DNA of 64,000 bases from an uncultured Methylomirabilota bacterium (GCA_963845565.1 CAWJSJ010000002.1:1920001-1984000); one strand, 5' to 3'. Numbered from the stretch's first letter, positions 18,896-30,089 are shown. The notes: generated by a model not told the origin, from the sequence alone. Translations and numbers: made by a program.

Positions 18896-19201
18896 ATGGC
18901 GATGGGTGGACGGCGAGACGGGGTTGATGGAGCGATCAAGGCGTGGGAGTGCGACCTCGAACGGTTGCGCGTCGTGCTCGCCAACGCGCCCGAGACGGTC
19001 AATGCCAAGCATCACTCCGGGTTCGTGGAACTCTACCGTCAAAAGGAAATCGTCAAGTCGCGGTGGGAGACCATCCGCGGTGTGTACCAGGCTGACGCCG
19101 ATGCGGTGCGACGCTTCGAAGACGCGTTCGCATCCATGGCGGCGGCTTGGGCCGACGCGCAGCCCATGCTGGCCGAGGTTCTCACCGGCGCGGCACCCTG
19201 A
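18896..19201 (+). CDS. Hypothetical helical protein
   Basis: Amphipathic ORF with G-rich RBS. Confidence 0.55.
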   Translation: MAMGGRRDGVDGAIKAWECDLERLRVVLANAPETVNAKHHSGFVELYRQKEIVKSRWETIRGVYQADADAVRRFEDAFASMAAAWADAQPMLAEVLTGAAP

Positions 19202-19246
19202 TCCGTCGCCGCCGGCTCCCGCAACGGCGACTCGCCTGGAGGTTTC

Positions 19247-19582
19247 ATGGATCTTGGTCTTGGACGCAAGGCAGCCATCGTCGCCGCACTCCTGGCGGTC
19301 GGCGGCCAGCCGATGCAGTCGGCGATCGCGGCCGAGACCATCTTCCTTCAAGACGGGCGTACCATCCAGGCCGACAAGGTCGAAATCATCGGCGACCGGG
19401 TGCGGATCGAGAAGCCGGCAGAGACGATCGAGATCCCTCGTTCCGACGTCCTCTCGATCCACCCCTCCACGACGCCGAACGCGTCCCCGCCGGGTGCGGT
19501 GTATAAAGGTATGACGGAGCAGATGAACGACAAGGTGCGGCGGGAGATCGAGGGGCGACCGGGCGGCAGCGGCCCACGATAA
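19247..19582 (+). CDS. Hypothetical secreted protein
   Basis: RBS GGAGG, signal peptide, ETIFLQDGRTI motif. Confidence 0.65.
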   Translation: MDLGLGRKAAIVAALLAVGGQPMQSAIAAETIFLQDGRTIQADKVEIIGDRVRIEKPAETIEIPRSDVLSIHPSTTPNASPPGAVYKGMTEQMNDKVRREIEGRPGGSGPR

Positions 19583-19587
19583 GGGCG

Positions 19588-20049
19588 GCGCGCCCGCCGC
19601 GCCTGCTGCTGGCCGACGAGCCGACCACCGCGCTGGATGTGACGATCCAGGCGCAGATTCTCCGGCTGCTCGCCGGTCTGGTGGAGACCCAGGGGGTCTC
19701 GGTGCTGCTGATCTCGCACGACCTGGGCGTGGTGAGTCGCATCTGCCGCCGAGTGGCCGTGATGTATGCCGGCTCGGTGGTCGAGACGGCGGAGGTGCGC
19801 GCGCTGTTTCGCACTCCTCTGCATCCGTATACTCAGGGTCTGTTACGGTCCATTCCCAGGAACGTCCGCCGGCAGGAGGCCCTGCAGGGCATTCCCGGCT
19901 CCATCCCCAACCTGGTTTCCCCTCCGGCCGGTTGCCGCTTCCATCCACGCTGCCCCAGGGCCATGGAGGTCTGCCGACGGATCGCCCCCGCTCCCACGCC
20001 GTATGAGCCCGGACATACGGTCAGCTGCCATCTGTTTCCCGCGACGTGA
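19588..20049 (+). pseudogene. C-terminal fragment of oligopeptide ABC ATPase (OppD-like)
   Basis: Begins at Walker B LLLADEPTTALDV; SHDL, HPYT, GCRFHPRC; no Walker A. Confidence 0.85.
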
Positions 20050-20221
20050 CGCGCGGCCGAGCCGCACGGGTCGCCCGGCGGGGATTTCGCGAAGCCTGGC
20101 TCCTGGCGGGCTGTAACGTGTTGAATCAAAGCTCCCGGGCGGTTTGCCCCATTTAACCTGAGATTTTCTGCAAGACCGAGAACGGGTAAGAGGAGTATCA
20201 TGTCACCCGGAAGGAGATGCG

Positions 20222-21574
20222 ATGGCTGATCGGGTGCTGATTGCCGACGATGAAGAGGCTTCCCGGAAGGGGCTGAAGGCGCTGCTCACCAACTGGGGAT
20301 ACGAGGTCCAAGAGGCGGCCGACGGGCAGGAGGCGCTGGAAAAAGCGGCGACCTTTCTTCCGCGGGTCGTGGTGACAGACGTGCTGATGCCGAGGCTGGA
20401 CGGCCTGGGGCTGCTGGCGCAGCTCCGCACGGAATCTCCGTTGACGACGGTGATTCTTCTCACCGGACATGCCACCGTCGAGACGGCGGTCGCGGCGATG
20501 AAGCAGGGAGCCTACGACTACCTCACCAAACCGGTGGACCTGCCGCGCCTGCGGATCCTGATCGAGAAGGCGCTCGAGAAGGGCGAGGCGCTCCGCGAGG
20601 TCACGCTGCTCCGGCGGCAGCTCCAGGCGGTCTGGGGGTCCGGACGCCTGGTGGGAAAAAGCAAGGCCATGCAGGAGCTCTACCGGATGATCGATCTGGC
20701 GGCGCCGACCTCCGCGCCGGTGCTCATCTCGGGGGAAAGCGGAACGGGCAAGGAACTGGTGGCGCGCAGCCTCCACGAGCATTCTCCCAGGAACAAAGGC
20801 CCGTTCGTGGCGGTGAATTGTTCGGCTATTCCCGAGACCCTGCTGGAGAGCGAGATCTTCGGCCACGAGAAGGGGGCCTTTACGGGTGCGGTGGAGCGCC
20901 GACTGGGCTGTTTTGAGTTGGCGCACGGTGGCACGCTCTTCCTGGACGAGATCGCGGAGATGGGTCCGGCCATCCAGGCCAAATTCCTTCGCATCCTGCA
21001 GGATGGTGCGGTCCGGCGGTTGGGCGGGAAGACGGAGCTCTTGGTGGATGTGCGGGTGTTGGCGGCCACCAACCAAGATCCCGTCAGGGCGATGAAGGAA
21101 GGCAGTCTGCGCGAGGATCTCTACTACCGCCTGAACGTGTTCAACCTCGCCCTGCCAGCCCTTCGGGAGCGGCGCGAAGACATCCCACTGCTCATCGAGG
21201 CGTTCATCGAGGAGTTCAACGGGAAATACGCCAAGCATATCCGCGCCGTGGACGACGTGGCGAGCCGGATCTTGTCGTCCCACCCATGGCCCGGCAACGT
21301 GCGGGAGCTGCGGAACACCTTGGAGCGTGCGATGATCATCTGCGACACAGACGTCCTCGCGCCCCAGCATCTTCCGGCGGGGCTCACGCACGCATCGCCC
21401 GGCGGCGAATCCGACGCGGTCACGCTGACGGTCGGCATGACCGTCGAGGAGGCGGAGCGGATCTTGATCCTGAAGACGCTCGCCTCCGTCGGTAACAACA
21501 AGGCGCGGGCCGCGGGCATCCTGGGGATCAGCATCAAGACGCTCCACAACAAGCTCAACCGATACGGGACCTAG
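20222..21574 (+). CDS. sigma-54-dependent response regulator (NtrC family)
   Basis: REC, GESGTGKE, GAFTGA, FLDE, WPGNVREL, Fis HTH. Confidence 0.95.
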   Translation: MADRVLIADDEEASRKGLKALLTNWGYEVQEAADGQEALEKAATFLPRVVVTDVLMPRLDGLGLLAQLRTESPLTTVILLTGHATVETAVAAMKQGAYDYLTKPVDLPRLRILIEKALEKGEALREVTLLRRQLQAVWGSGRLVGKSKAMQELYRMIDLAAPTSAPVLISGESGTGKELVARSLHEHSPRNKGPFVAVNCSAIPETLLESEIFGHEKGAFTGAVERRLGCFELAHGGTLFLDEIAEMGPAIQAKFLRILQDGAVRRLGGKTELLVDVRVLAATNQDPVRAMKEGSLREDLYYRLNVFNLALPALRERREDIPLLIEAFIEEFNGKYAKHIRAVDDVASRILSSHPWPGNVRELRNTLERAMIICDTDVLAPQHLPAGLTHASPGGESDAVTLTVGMTVEEAERILILKTLASVGNNKARAAGILGISIKTLHNKLNRYGT

Positions 21575-23371
21575 ATGCGCTTTCGGTTCAAGACCAAGGA
21601 GATGTTGGCGGTTACCGCCTTCACCTTCTTCGTGGTAGCGGCCGCGACACTGCTCCATTTTTCGCAGCTGGCACGGGTCAGCATCGAGGGCGCCGCGCAG
21701 CAGGCGGAACTGGTCGCCCGGCAGATCTACGCCCAGAGCCGGCGCGCGCTCGCCCGGGCAACGGACCGGGACCCGTGGGAGGCCCTGCGCACCGACCGCG
21801 AGTTGCGGAGCCTGCTGGAGGCCAGCGTCGGATACTCCACCGACATCCTCTACGTCTTGCTGGCCGATCGGACCGACACCATCATTCTGCACAGCGAGCG
21901 ACGGAAGGAGGACAGCCCGGCGTCGGCCCAACTCGAGCTCCGCGCGCTCTTGGCGGCCAACCCGGTGAGCCGGTTTGCCGGGCTCTATCAGCCGGGGACG
22001 ACGTACGAGGTGACGCTCCCGCTGCAGCTCAATGACCAGCCGTTCGGCAGTATCCGGGTCGGGCTTCCCAGTAGCCTGCTCCGGACCGAACTGAATGCCT
22101 CGCTGCTTCAGGGGCTGGGTCTGGCCGGGGCCGCCCTGCCCGTGGCCTGGTTCGTCGCCATGGGGCTTGCCCACCTGGCGCTGCAGCCCATCCGGCGACT
22201 CACCCGGGAGGTTGAGCGACTGCGCCAAGGTGAGTTCGTCGCTGGGCCGGAACTCGGGCAGGAGGACGAATACAAGGAGCTCGCCGCCCAGCTCCAGCTC
22301 CTGGGGCAAAAACTCCAGTCGGATCGCCTCAAGGTCCTGGGGGAAAACGTCCAAGTCCAGCGGGTGGTCGATCGGCTGGAGGATGGATTCATTTTTTTGA
22401 CCAGCGATCGGCGCGTTCTTTTCTTCAACAAGGCCGCCGAGATCGTCCTGGGCAAGTCGATGGGGCAGATTCAGGGGTGGCGGCTGGAAGAGGCGCTGGC
22501 GGCGTCTCATCCGTTGCGGATTCTGCTTAACGACGAGACGGAGGGCGATCAGCCGGGTTCCACCATCGTCCTCCGCCGCGACGGTCGGCCACGAGAATTC
22601 CTGGTGTCGCGATTTGCCGTGGCGGACGCCGAGCGTACGATGGGCACCATGGTGATGCTGAAAGACGTGGAGTCCATCAAGACGCTCCGGTCGCTGGTGA
22701 GTTATTCCGCCAAGCTGGCAGCGCTCGGCAGGCTGACGTCCGGGGTTGCCCATGAAGTGAAGAATCCACTCAACGCCATGACGATCCATCTGGAGCTTCT
22801 CAAGGAGCGGCTGGGGCCCTCCCGGGAAGGGGTGCAGGAGAACCTGGAGGTCATCGGCAGCGAGATCAAGCGTCTGGACCGAGCGGTCCAGGGCTTCCTG
22901 AAGTTCATGCGTCCCCAATATCTGGCCCTGGGCGCCGTGGACCTGAATGGACTAATTCGCGGTCTGGAGGCGCTTCTTCAGCCGGAGTGGCAGGCGACCG
23001 GCGTGCGATTCGTCATGGATCTGGACGCGAACCTCCACTCGATCACGGCGGACGAGGAGTTGCTCCGGCAAGCGCTCCTGAACATCCTCCTCAATGCCTG
23101 CCAGGCGATGCCGCAGGGCGGCACGGTTCGGCTTGCCACGGCGCTCGAGCAGGCGGAATCCGTCCGAGTGACGATCTCGGACGAGGGGACCGGCATTCCG
23201 ACGGAAGATCTGGACAAAATCTTCAAACTGTATTACACCACGAAGCCGGACGGCAGCGGCATCGGCCTCTCCCTGGTGTATCGGATCGTCCAGTTGCACG
23301 ACGGAAGCATCGACGTCGCGTCCGATGTCGGTCGGGGAACGACGTTCACCGTCCGGCTGCCGATCGGATAG
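21575..23371 (+). CDS. Sensor histidine kinase (HAMP, PAS)
   Basis: Two TM helices, AHEVKNPL, NACQAM, GSGIGL. Confidence 0.93.
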   Translation: MRFRFKTKEMLAVTAFTFFVVAAATLLHFSQLARVSIEGAAQQAELVARQIYAQSRRALARATDRDPWEALRTDRELRSLLEASVGYSTDILYVLLADRTDTIILHSERRKEDSPASAQLELRALLAANPVSRFAGLYQPGTTYEVTLPLQLNDQPFGSIRVGLPSSLLRTELNASLLQGLGLAGAALPVAWFVAMGLAHLALQPIRRLTREVERLRQGEFVAGPELGQEDEYKELAAQLQLLGQKLQSDRLKVLGENVQVQRVVDRLEDGFIFLTSDRRVLFFNKAAEIVLGKSMGQIQGWRLEEALAASHPLRILLNDETEGDQPGSTIVLRRDGRPREFLVSRFAVADAERTMGTMVMLKDVESIKTLRSLVSYSAKLAALGRLTSGVAHEVKNPLNAMTIHLELLKERLGPSREGVQENLEVIGSEIKRLDRAVQGFLKFMRPQYLALGAVDLNGLIRGLEALLQPEWQATGVRFVMDLDANLHSITADEELLRQALLNILLNACQAMPQGGTVRLATALEQAESVRVTISDEGTGIPTEDLDKIFKLYYTTKPDGSGIGLSLVYRIVQLHDGSIDVASDVGRGTTFTVRLPIG

Positions 23372-23402
23372 GGCAGACGGGGTGAGGCAGGGCATTGTGC
23401 TG

Positions 23403-24065
23403 ATGGGACAAGGGTTGAGTCGATGGAGGAACGGTCTGGCCGGTGCGCTTGCGGCACTCATCGTTGCCGTGAGCGGATGCGCGGCTATCGAGTCGCTTTT
23501 CTCCCCCCCGCCTCCGCCGCCCCCCAAGAAGGAGCCCGCACCTGCCCCCGTGAAGAAGGAGCCGGAACCCGCGCCCCCCAAGAAGGAGCCGCCCGCGCCG
23601 CCGCCCCCCCCCAAGACGGAGCCGGAACCCGCGCCCCCCAAGAAGGAGCCGCCCGCGCCGCCCGTCAAGAAAGAACCGGTTGCGCCCGCGCCCCCCAAGA
23701 AGGAGCCCGCACCTGCCCCCGTGAAGAAGGAGCCGGAACCCGCGCCCCCCAAGAAGGAGCCGGAGGCTCCTTCCGTCAAGAAAGAGCCAGAGGTTGTACC
23801 AGCCGTCCTGGCGCCGCAGGTCGGCAAGCAAGACGAGGAGCAGTTGCGGCGCGACGCCGGCACCAGGATGCAACGCGCCGAGGTGCTCATCGGGCGGATC
23901 GACGAAAAGAAGCTCACAAAGGACCAGCAAGAGCAGTTCCTGACCATCCAGAGCCTGCTCAAGAACGCGAAGGAGGCGATCGAAGCCAAGGACCTGGCTC
24001 GCGCCTCCAATCTTGCCGAGAAGGCGCGCATCTTGGCCGAGGAACTGGCCCAGGCCGCGCGATGA
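23403..24065 (+). CDS. Proline-rich lipoprotein
   Basis: Lipobox VSGC; repeated PAPPKKEP/PVKKEP; helical C-terminus. Confidence 0.8.
   Translation: MGQGLSRWRNGLAGALAALIVAVSGCAAIESLFSPPPPPPPKKEPAPAPVKKEPEPAPPKKEPPAPPPPPKTEPEPAPPKKEPPAPPVKKEPVAPAPPKKEPAPAPVKKEPEPAPPKKEPEAPSVKKEPEVVPAVLAPQVGKQDEEQLRRDAGTRMQRAEVLIGRIDEKKLTKDQQEQFLTIQSLLKNAKEAIEAKDLARASNLAEKARILAEELAQAAR
23526..23787 (+). repeat. Coding tandem repeats (KKEP units)
   Basis: About 10 AAGAAGGAGCC-type units; ~23526-23591 is duplicated at ~23697-23762. Confidence 0.85.
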
Positions 24066-24323
24066 AGGATCTGCGGGCGGCCATCGCCAACGACCCGCGC
24101 CTGCGGTCTGCACCGGCAGCGGCCGCCGGTGTTCGGGTGGTTTTCTTCGCCTGACCGACTTTCTTTCCTCGGGCAGGTAAGTCTTACATCGTCGGTAAAT
24201 TCTTCTGTCCCCTTTGTTCTTCCGAGCGCCGTGCAAATTTAGCGCGGCACTCTCGCCATCGCGTAACTCGCCACGATACCAGCCTTTGGTGGTTCTTGAC
24301 GCAGTATTCCTCCATCCCGCTTG

Positions 24324-24339
24324 TGGCACGTGCGTTGCC
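24324..24339 (+). promoter_or_regulatory. sigma-54 promoter
   Basis: TGGCACGTGCGTTGCC, near-consensus -24/-12. Confidence 0.8.
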
Positions 24340-24429
24340 ACAAAAATCCCAAAGTCCGCGTGAAGGCAATCCGTCGTCGGGCTCTGGTCGGGGCGACCCA
24401 GGATCAGATGCGAACCAGCGGGGGGCAGG

Positions 24430-24843
24430 ATGCGCAGGCGAATACTCATCGTGGAAGACGATCAGCATAGTCGGAAGGGCCTACAGGACTCGCTCCTAAC
24501 CGATGGGCATAGTGTGGAGGCTGTCTCGGACGGATGGCAGGCCTTTCGGAAGATCAAGGAGGGAGTCTTTGACCTCGCCATCGTGGACCTCGAGTTGCCG
24601 CCGGTCCTGGGAGTCGCGATGACCGGATGGGATCTCGTCCGGATCCTTCGCGCCTACTTTCCGGGAATACCGATCGTCGTGGTGAGCTCGCAAGAGGACG
24701 CGGTCATCCGGCGATTGCTCGACCGCTTCCAGGTGTCCACCTTCCTCGTGAAACCGATCGATCCGGCCCGCATCAAGGCAGTCGCCCGGGGTCTGGACGC
24801 GGACATCCTTCCCGTTCCTGCAGTGGAATGCACCATCCGCTGA
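24430..24843 (+). CDS. Single-domain response regulator
   Basis: ILIVEDD, AIVDLELP, LVKP. Confidence 0.88.
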   Translation: MRRRILIVEDDQHSRKGLQDSLLTDGHSVEAVSDGWQAFRKIKEGVFDLAIVDLELPPVLGVAMTGWDLVRILRAYFPGIPIVVVSSQEDAVIRRLLDRFQVSTFLVKPIDPARIKAVARGLDADILPVPAVECTIR

Positions 24844-25207
24844 GCATTGTTCCGACGAATAGGCTGCAATGTCTGGCGGATTCCGACACAATGCCCTCCG
24901 GTTTGAACGGGCAGTGTACGCTGAGTACACGCGGACATAAATTCGATGACGTATACGGTGGCCGCATAAGTCCAGGTCCCCCGGGCCGCCCCGAGGACGC
25001 TGCGCCCGCGGGCGAGCTCCGCACCGGACGCGGCGAGCCGTCCGCCGGCACGGAGGGCCGCGTCTGAGCGGACCGACCCGGGGTAAGGGCGAGCCGGTAT
25101 CGACGAGGCGTCCGAGGGTCGGTCCGGGGGACCGGCGATACGTTACCGTAATTGCGGGCAGAAGCACTTAGAGTGCGGACCATCGCCATCAAGCGGAGTC
25201 GAACGCG

Positions 25208-27253
25208 GTGACCCAACCCAGGATTTGGCTTTCGACGACGAACCAGAGGCGCTGCGGGATCGCGTTGTTGGGGCTAATGGCGATCGTAGCAGCCCTCTGG
25301 GGCGTACTCGGCTGGGCGCTTCCCCTTCCGGTCGGCCCCGTCGCGGACGGGCCCACGATCCGGCTGTATGCCGGGACCGAGGAGATCGCCGTTCTGGAGG
25401 GCTTCTCCCGCCGGGCACAGGTGTGGCGCCCGCTGGACAGTTTCCCGCGGACCGTCGTAGACGCCGTGTTGATTGCCGAGGACCGACGGTTTTTCCGGCA
25501 CGGAGGCATTGACCTCTGGGGGGTGCTTCGGGCCGGCGCCGCGAACCTGCGGCAGGGCGGAATCCGGCAGGGTGGGAGCACCATCACCCAGCAACTGGCC
25601 CGGACACTCTTCCTGAGCGGGGAACGCGTCTGGGGGCGAAAGGTCCGAGAAGCGGCGCTCGCGCTCCTGATCGAATGCCGGTACTCCAAGCCGCGCATAC
25701 TCGAAGCCTACCTCAATTCGATCTATCTCGGTCACGACGGCGACGTGGCCGTGCACGGCCTACCGGCGGCTGCGCGGCATTTCCTGCGCAAGGACCTCGC
25801 CGCCGTCCGCGCGGACGAGGCCGCCTTGCTGGCGGCCGCCATCAGCAGCCCCAACAAGGTGTTCGCCGATGCGTCGGGTCGCGGCCGGACCGGTCGAGAC
25901 GCGGTCCTCACCGCGATGGAGCAGCGTGGGGCCATTGACGCCGCAAGCGCTCGAGCGGCGCTGGCGCATCCGCTCCCTCCCGGCCCGGTGGACGCCCGGC
26001 TTCGCGCGCCGTATTTCGTGGAGCTGGCACGCGACGAGATGGCCCGGCGTTTGACGTTACCCCCATCGGGGGAGGTGCGCGTCGGCAGCAGTCTGGATCC
26101 GGCTCTCCAGCGGGTCGCCGAGCGGGCGATCGAGCAAGGGCTGGCGCAACTCGAGCGCCGGCGTGCCGGGGGCGGCCGGGGACGAATCGAGGGAGCCCTG
26201 GTGGCTCTCGACCCTGCCTCGGGGCGTATCCGGGCGCTGGTGGGAGGCCGTCGGTACCAAGACAGCCCCTTCAACCGCGCGACGCGGGCCGTGCGGCAGC
26301 CCGGGTCGCTTTTCAAGCCCTTCGTGTATCTGACGGCCTTCGAATCGGGTCCGAGAGCGGTACCCGCCGCTCTCACGCCGGCGTCGATTGTCGCCGATGA
26401 GCCGCTGACGGTCCGGGACGGGAGCGGGGTCTGGACCCCACGGAATATCGATGGGCAGCTTCTGGGAGCCGTGACGGTGCGGCGGGCGCTCCAAGAATCG
26501 CGGAACATTCCCGCCGTTCGCGTCGCGCAGGCGGTGGGGCCGGATCGGATCGCCGACACGGCCCGGCGTCTCGGGATCGCGAGCCCACTCGCCACGGTTC
26601 CCTCGCTGGCCCTCGGCACGTCGGAGGTTACGCTCCTGGAGATCACGCGGGCGTACGCCACGCTGGCGAATCAGGGCGTGCGCACGACCCCGACGACCTT
26701 GGGCGCCCAGCCCATGCCCGCGGATGCGGCTGCCGTTGCTCCACTCCCCGCCCCCGAACGCGCGGTGTCCGCCGAGTCCGCGTTTCTGATCACCCATCTG
26801 CTCCAGGGTGTGATGCGCGACGGCACCGCCAAAGGCAGCGCACGCTGGGGACTCAACGAAATCGCCGCCGGGAAGACCGGCTCCACGGATAACCTCCGAG
26901 ACGCCTGGTTCGTCGGGTACACGACCGATCTGGTGGTGGGCGTGTGGGTCGGTCTGGATGATGCGAGCCCGCTCGGTTTCACCGGCGCGCAGGCGGCGCT
27001 GCCGATCTGGGCGGCGGTCATGTCGGCCGCTGTGCGGCGGGCCGCTCCGCGCCCGTTCGCGTCTCCACCGGGTGTGGTGATGGTCTCGGTCAACCGCGAC
27101 ACCGGAAAGCCGGCCTCCTTCTGGTGCAACGGAGGCGCCGCCGTCGAAGAGGCGTTCCGAGCCGGGACGGAGCCTTCCGCGGACTGCGGTCCGGCCGCAC
27201 TGGCGCAAGCCGGCCGAGGTCTCCTGAACTGGTTTGCCGGTTTGTTTCGGTAA
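25208..27253 (+). CDS. Class A penicillin-binding protein (PBP1A/1B family)
   Basis: EDRRF, GGSTITQQL, SLFK, SRN, KTG. Confidence 0.93.
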   Translation: MTQPRIWLSTTNQRRCGIALLGLMAIVAALWGVLGWALPLPVGPVADGPTIRLYAGTEEIAVLEGFSRRAQVWRPLDSFPRTVVDAVLIAEDRRFFRHGGIDLWGVLRAGAANLRQGGIRQGGSTITQQLARTLFLSGERVWGRKVREAALALLIECRYSKPRILEAYLNSIYLGHDGDVAVHGLPAAARHFLRKDLAAVRADEAALLAAAISSPNKVFADASGRGRTGRDAVLTAMEQRGAIDAASARAALAHPLPPGPVDARLRAPYFVELARDEMARRLTLPPSGEVRVGSSLDPALQRVAERAIEQGLAQLERRRAGGGRGRIEGALVALDPASGRIRALVGGRRYQDSPFNRATRAVRQPGSLFKPFVYLTAFESGPRAVPAALTPASIVADEPLTVRDGSGVWTPRNIDGQLLGAVTVRRALQESRNIPAVRVAQAVGPDRIADTARRLGIASPLATVPSLALGTSEVTLLEITRAYATLANQGVRTTPTTLGAQPMPADAAAVAPLPAPERAVSAESAFLITHLLQGVMRDGTAKGSARWGLNEIAAGKTGSTDNLRDAWFVGYTTDLVVGVWVGLDDASPLGFTGAQAALPIWAAVMSAAVRRAAPRPFASPPGVVMVSVNRDTGKPASFWCNGGAAVEEAFRAGTEPSADCGPAALAQAGRGLLNWFAGLFR

Positions 27254-27330
27254 GGGTAAATCGATCTCGTTTTCCGCTAGCGATCTTCACCCGACCTCCA
27301 CGGCGGGCCCGGACACTCCACACTTTCCGC

Positions 27331-27436
27331 TTAGGAGCCGTTACGAAATAACCTGTCCATTTCTTATTATTTCGTTACGGCTCCTTATGCCGTTCCCGGG
27401 ATTTCTCCGGTCAAATTATTCTTTGACAACGGCTTA
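27331..27436 (+). mobile_element. ~105-bp MITE-like double-hairpin element, copy 1
   Basis: TTA-GGAGCCGTTACGAAAT..ATTTCGTTACGGCTCC-TTA-TGCCGTT..TTGACAACGGC-TTA. Confidence 0.8.
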
Positions 27437-27528
27437 ATCTGGTAGGCTCACCAGGGCCGACCCGACCGTCGCCGTTTGCTGCGCGGCGGGTGACGGTTCG
27501 CCCAGACTCCGTTCACAGCGAGGACCCC

Positions 27529-30089
27529 ATGACCTCCATCAGGTTACCACGTACCGTCGTCCCGCGCCGTTACCAGATTCGGATCGAGCCCGACCTGACG
27601 GCCGGCACCTTCGCCGGAGACGAGACGATCGAGGTGACGGTGGGCGAACCCACGGCGGAGGTGGTGCTGAACGCCGCCGATCTGACGATCGCCACGGCCG
27701 AGATCGACGATGGCGCGGGACGACGGTTGACCGCGACGATCCGGGTGGACGAGGCCGCGGAGCGCGTCCTGCTGCGCTTCGTCGAGCCGCTTCAGCCGGG
27801 ACCGTGGCGTCTCGCCCTTCGTTTTTCCGGAATCCTGAACGACAAGCTGCGCGGATTCTATCGCAGCAGGTTCACGGCAGGGGATGGACGCGCGGCGATT
27901 TTGGCGGTTACCCAGTTCGAAGCGACTGACGCCCGCCGTGCGTTTCCCTGCTGGGATGAGCCCGCCTTCAAGGCGGTGTTTCAGGTGACGCTGGTCGTGG
28001 ACGAGGCACTGGCGGCGGTGTCCAACACGGCGATGGCCAGTGTCCGGCGCATGCCGGAGCGCGGCAAAAAAGAGGTGACCTTCGCACCGACCATCCCGAT
28101 GTCCACGTATCTATTGGCATTTGTGATCGGGCCACTGGAGCCGACCGACGCCGTCCAAGCGGACGGGATCCCGATTCGGGTCTGGGCCGTTCCGGGGAAG
28201 GGACATCTCGGCTCGTTCGCACTCGAGGTGGCGGCGTTCTCCTTGCGCTTCTTCCGGGAGTACTTCGCCGTGGACTATCCGGGGGACAAGCTGGACCTGA
28301 TCGCCATTCCCGACTTCGCCTTCGGCGCCATGGAGAATCTGGGCGCTATCACGTTTCGCGAGACCGCGCTTCTGGCGGACCAGGGGAGCGCCACCCATGC
28401 CGAGCTCGCCCGGGTGGCCCACGTGGTGGCCCACGAGATCGCGCACATGTGGTTCGGGGATCTGGTGACGATGGCGTGGTGGAACGGACTCTGGCTGAAT
28501 GAGGCCTTCGCCACGTTCATGGAGGTGCTGGCGGTCGACGCGTGGAAACCCGCCTGGGGGCGCTGGGACAACTTCGGCGTGTCGCGGACCGCCGCCTTTC
28601 TGACGGACGGTCTTCGGTCGAGTCGCCCCATCGAGTTCGAGGTAGTGGCTCCCAAGGACGCCGAGGCCATGTTCGACGTGCTGACGTACGAGAAGGGTGG
28701 GGCCGTCCTCCGGATGCTGGAGCAGTATCTCGGCCCCGAGGTCTTTCGCGACGGCGTCCGGAAGTATCTGACCGCGCACCAGTTCTCCAACGCCGAGACG
28801 ACGGATCTCTGGAAAGCTCTGGGGATCGCATCCGGTCAACCGATCCCGGAGATGATGGACGGGTGGATCTTCCGGCAGGGGTTTCCCCTGGTGACCGTGG
28901 AAGCGGAGGGGACGGGCGAAATCGTGCGCTTCAGCCAACACTCCGTTCCGATATCTGGCCGATGGCGACGACACGAAATCCCTCTGGCAGGTTCCGATCA
29001 CCTATCGCGCTCGGGTGAACGACAACATCGTGCGCGGCCACATCCTTCTCTCGACCGCGGAAGAGCGCGTCACCTTTCCGGGCAAGCCGGACTGGCTCGT
29101 GGCGAACGAGGGGGGCCACGGTTTCTACCGTGTGCGTTACGGGCGGGCACTCCTCGCACCGCTCCTCCGCGCACCCGCCGAAACGCTGGCAGCCATCGAG
29201 CGTTTCAACTTGGTCAGCGACGCCTGGGCGGCGACCGTGGCGGGCATGTTTCCGGTGGTCGACTTCTTGGAGTTGACGGGCCGGTTCCGGCACGAAGCCG
29301 ACCGGCACGTGTGGACCTCGCTCCTGGCGTCGTTCGGGTATCTCGCACGGGTCGCCCCGACCGATCTTCGGTCCGGCCTGGAAGCGCTGGTCCGCGATCG
29401 GCTGGGCGAAGCCACGCGGCGCGTCGGTTGGTCTTCGAGGGCCGAAGAGAGCGACCTTGATCGCGAACTGCGGGGCGAGCTTCTCCGGACGATGGGAACA
29501 CTCGGGAACGATGGGGAGGTTCAGCGGGCGGCGCGCGGCCTTTACGATCGCGCCGCGGAGGCGGCCGCGCCGGACCCCAGCGTGCACGCGGCCGTCATCG
29601 CGTTGGTGGCGCACACGGGGGGCGAGAGCGAGTATCAGGAGTTCCTGGCGCGCTTCAAGGCGGCCACGACGCCACAGGGCGAGCAGCGGTATCTTCGCGC
29701 GCTGACCGGTTTCCGCACTCCGGGGCTGATCCGGCGAACGCTCGAGTTCTGCGTCAACGGCGAGGTGCGAACGCAGGACGCGCCGTTCGTGGTGCGAGAC
29801 CTGCTCCTGAGCTGTCCACGGCCGCGAGCCGGCATGGGCCTTTGTCAAGGAGCACTGGGAAGAGATGGAGCGCCTTTACCCCTCCCAGAGCGGCTTGCGG
29901 CGTCTCTGCGAGGGTATCACCGGGCTGGCCACGCCGGCGCTCGAGGCGGACGTGCGGTCCTTCTTCGGCTCCCGGACGGTTTCTTTTGGCGGGAAGACGC
30001 TGGAGCAGTATCTGGAACAGCTTCAGGTGGCGGTCCGCTTTCAAGAGCGGGAAACGTCGGCGTTGCGGGTCTACCTTGGCAAAACCTGA
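27529..30089 (+). CDS. pepN: M1 family aminopeptidase, apparent frameshifts ~28940 and ~29812
   Basis: DARRAFPCWDEP, GAMEN, HEIAH..LNE, YEKG; C-terminal ERAP1-like domain split over three frames. Confidence 0.88.

Noticed and set aside
20198..22918. 906-aa antisense ORF (and similar ones at 41706-44027, 50677-52263, 54392-55987)
   Set aside because: Shadow frames of GC-rich genes with no recognisable motifs
23526..23787. KKEP repeat region as a CRISPR or DGR template
   Set aside because: Coding Pro-rich linker; no reverse transcriptase and no adenine-specific variation
24062..24154. 30-aa ORF overlapping the lipoprotein stop
   Set aside because: No recognisable motif or independent support
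27423..27451. Hybrid promoter from the element's outward TTGACA
   Set aside because: No -10 hexamer at 16-18 bp spacing in copy 1 or copy 3
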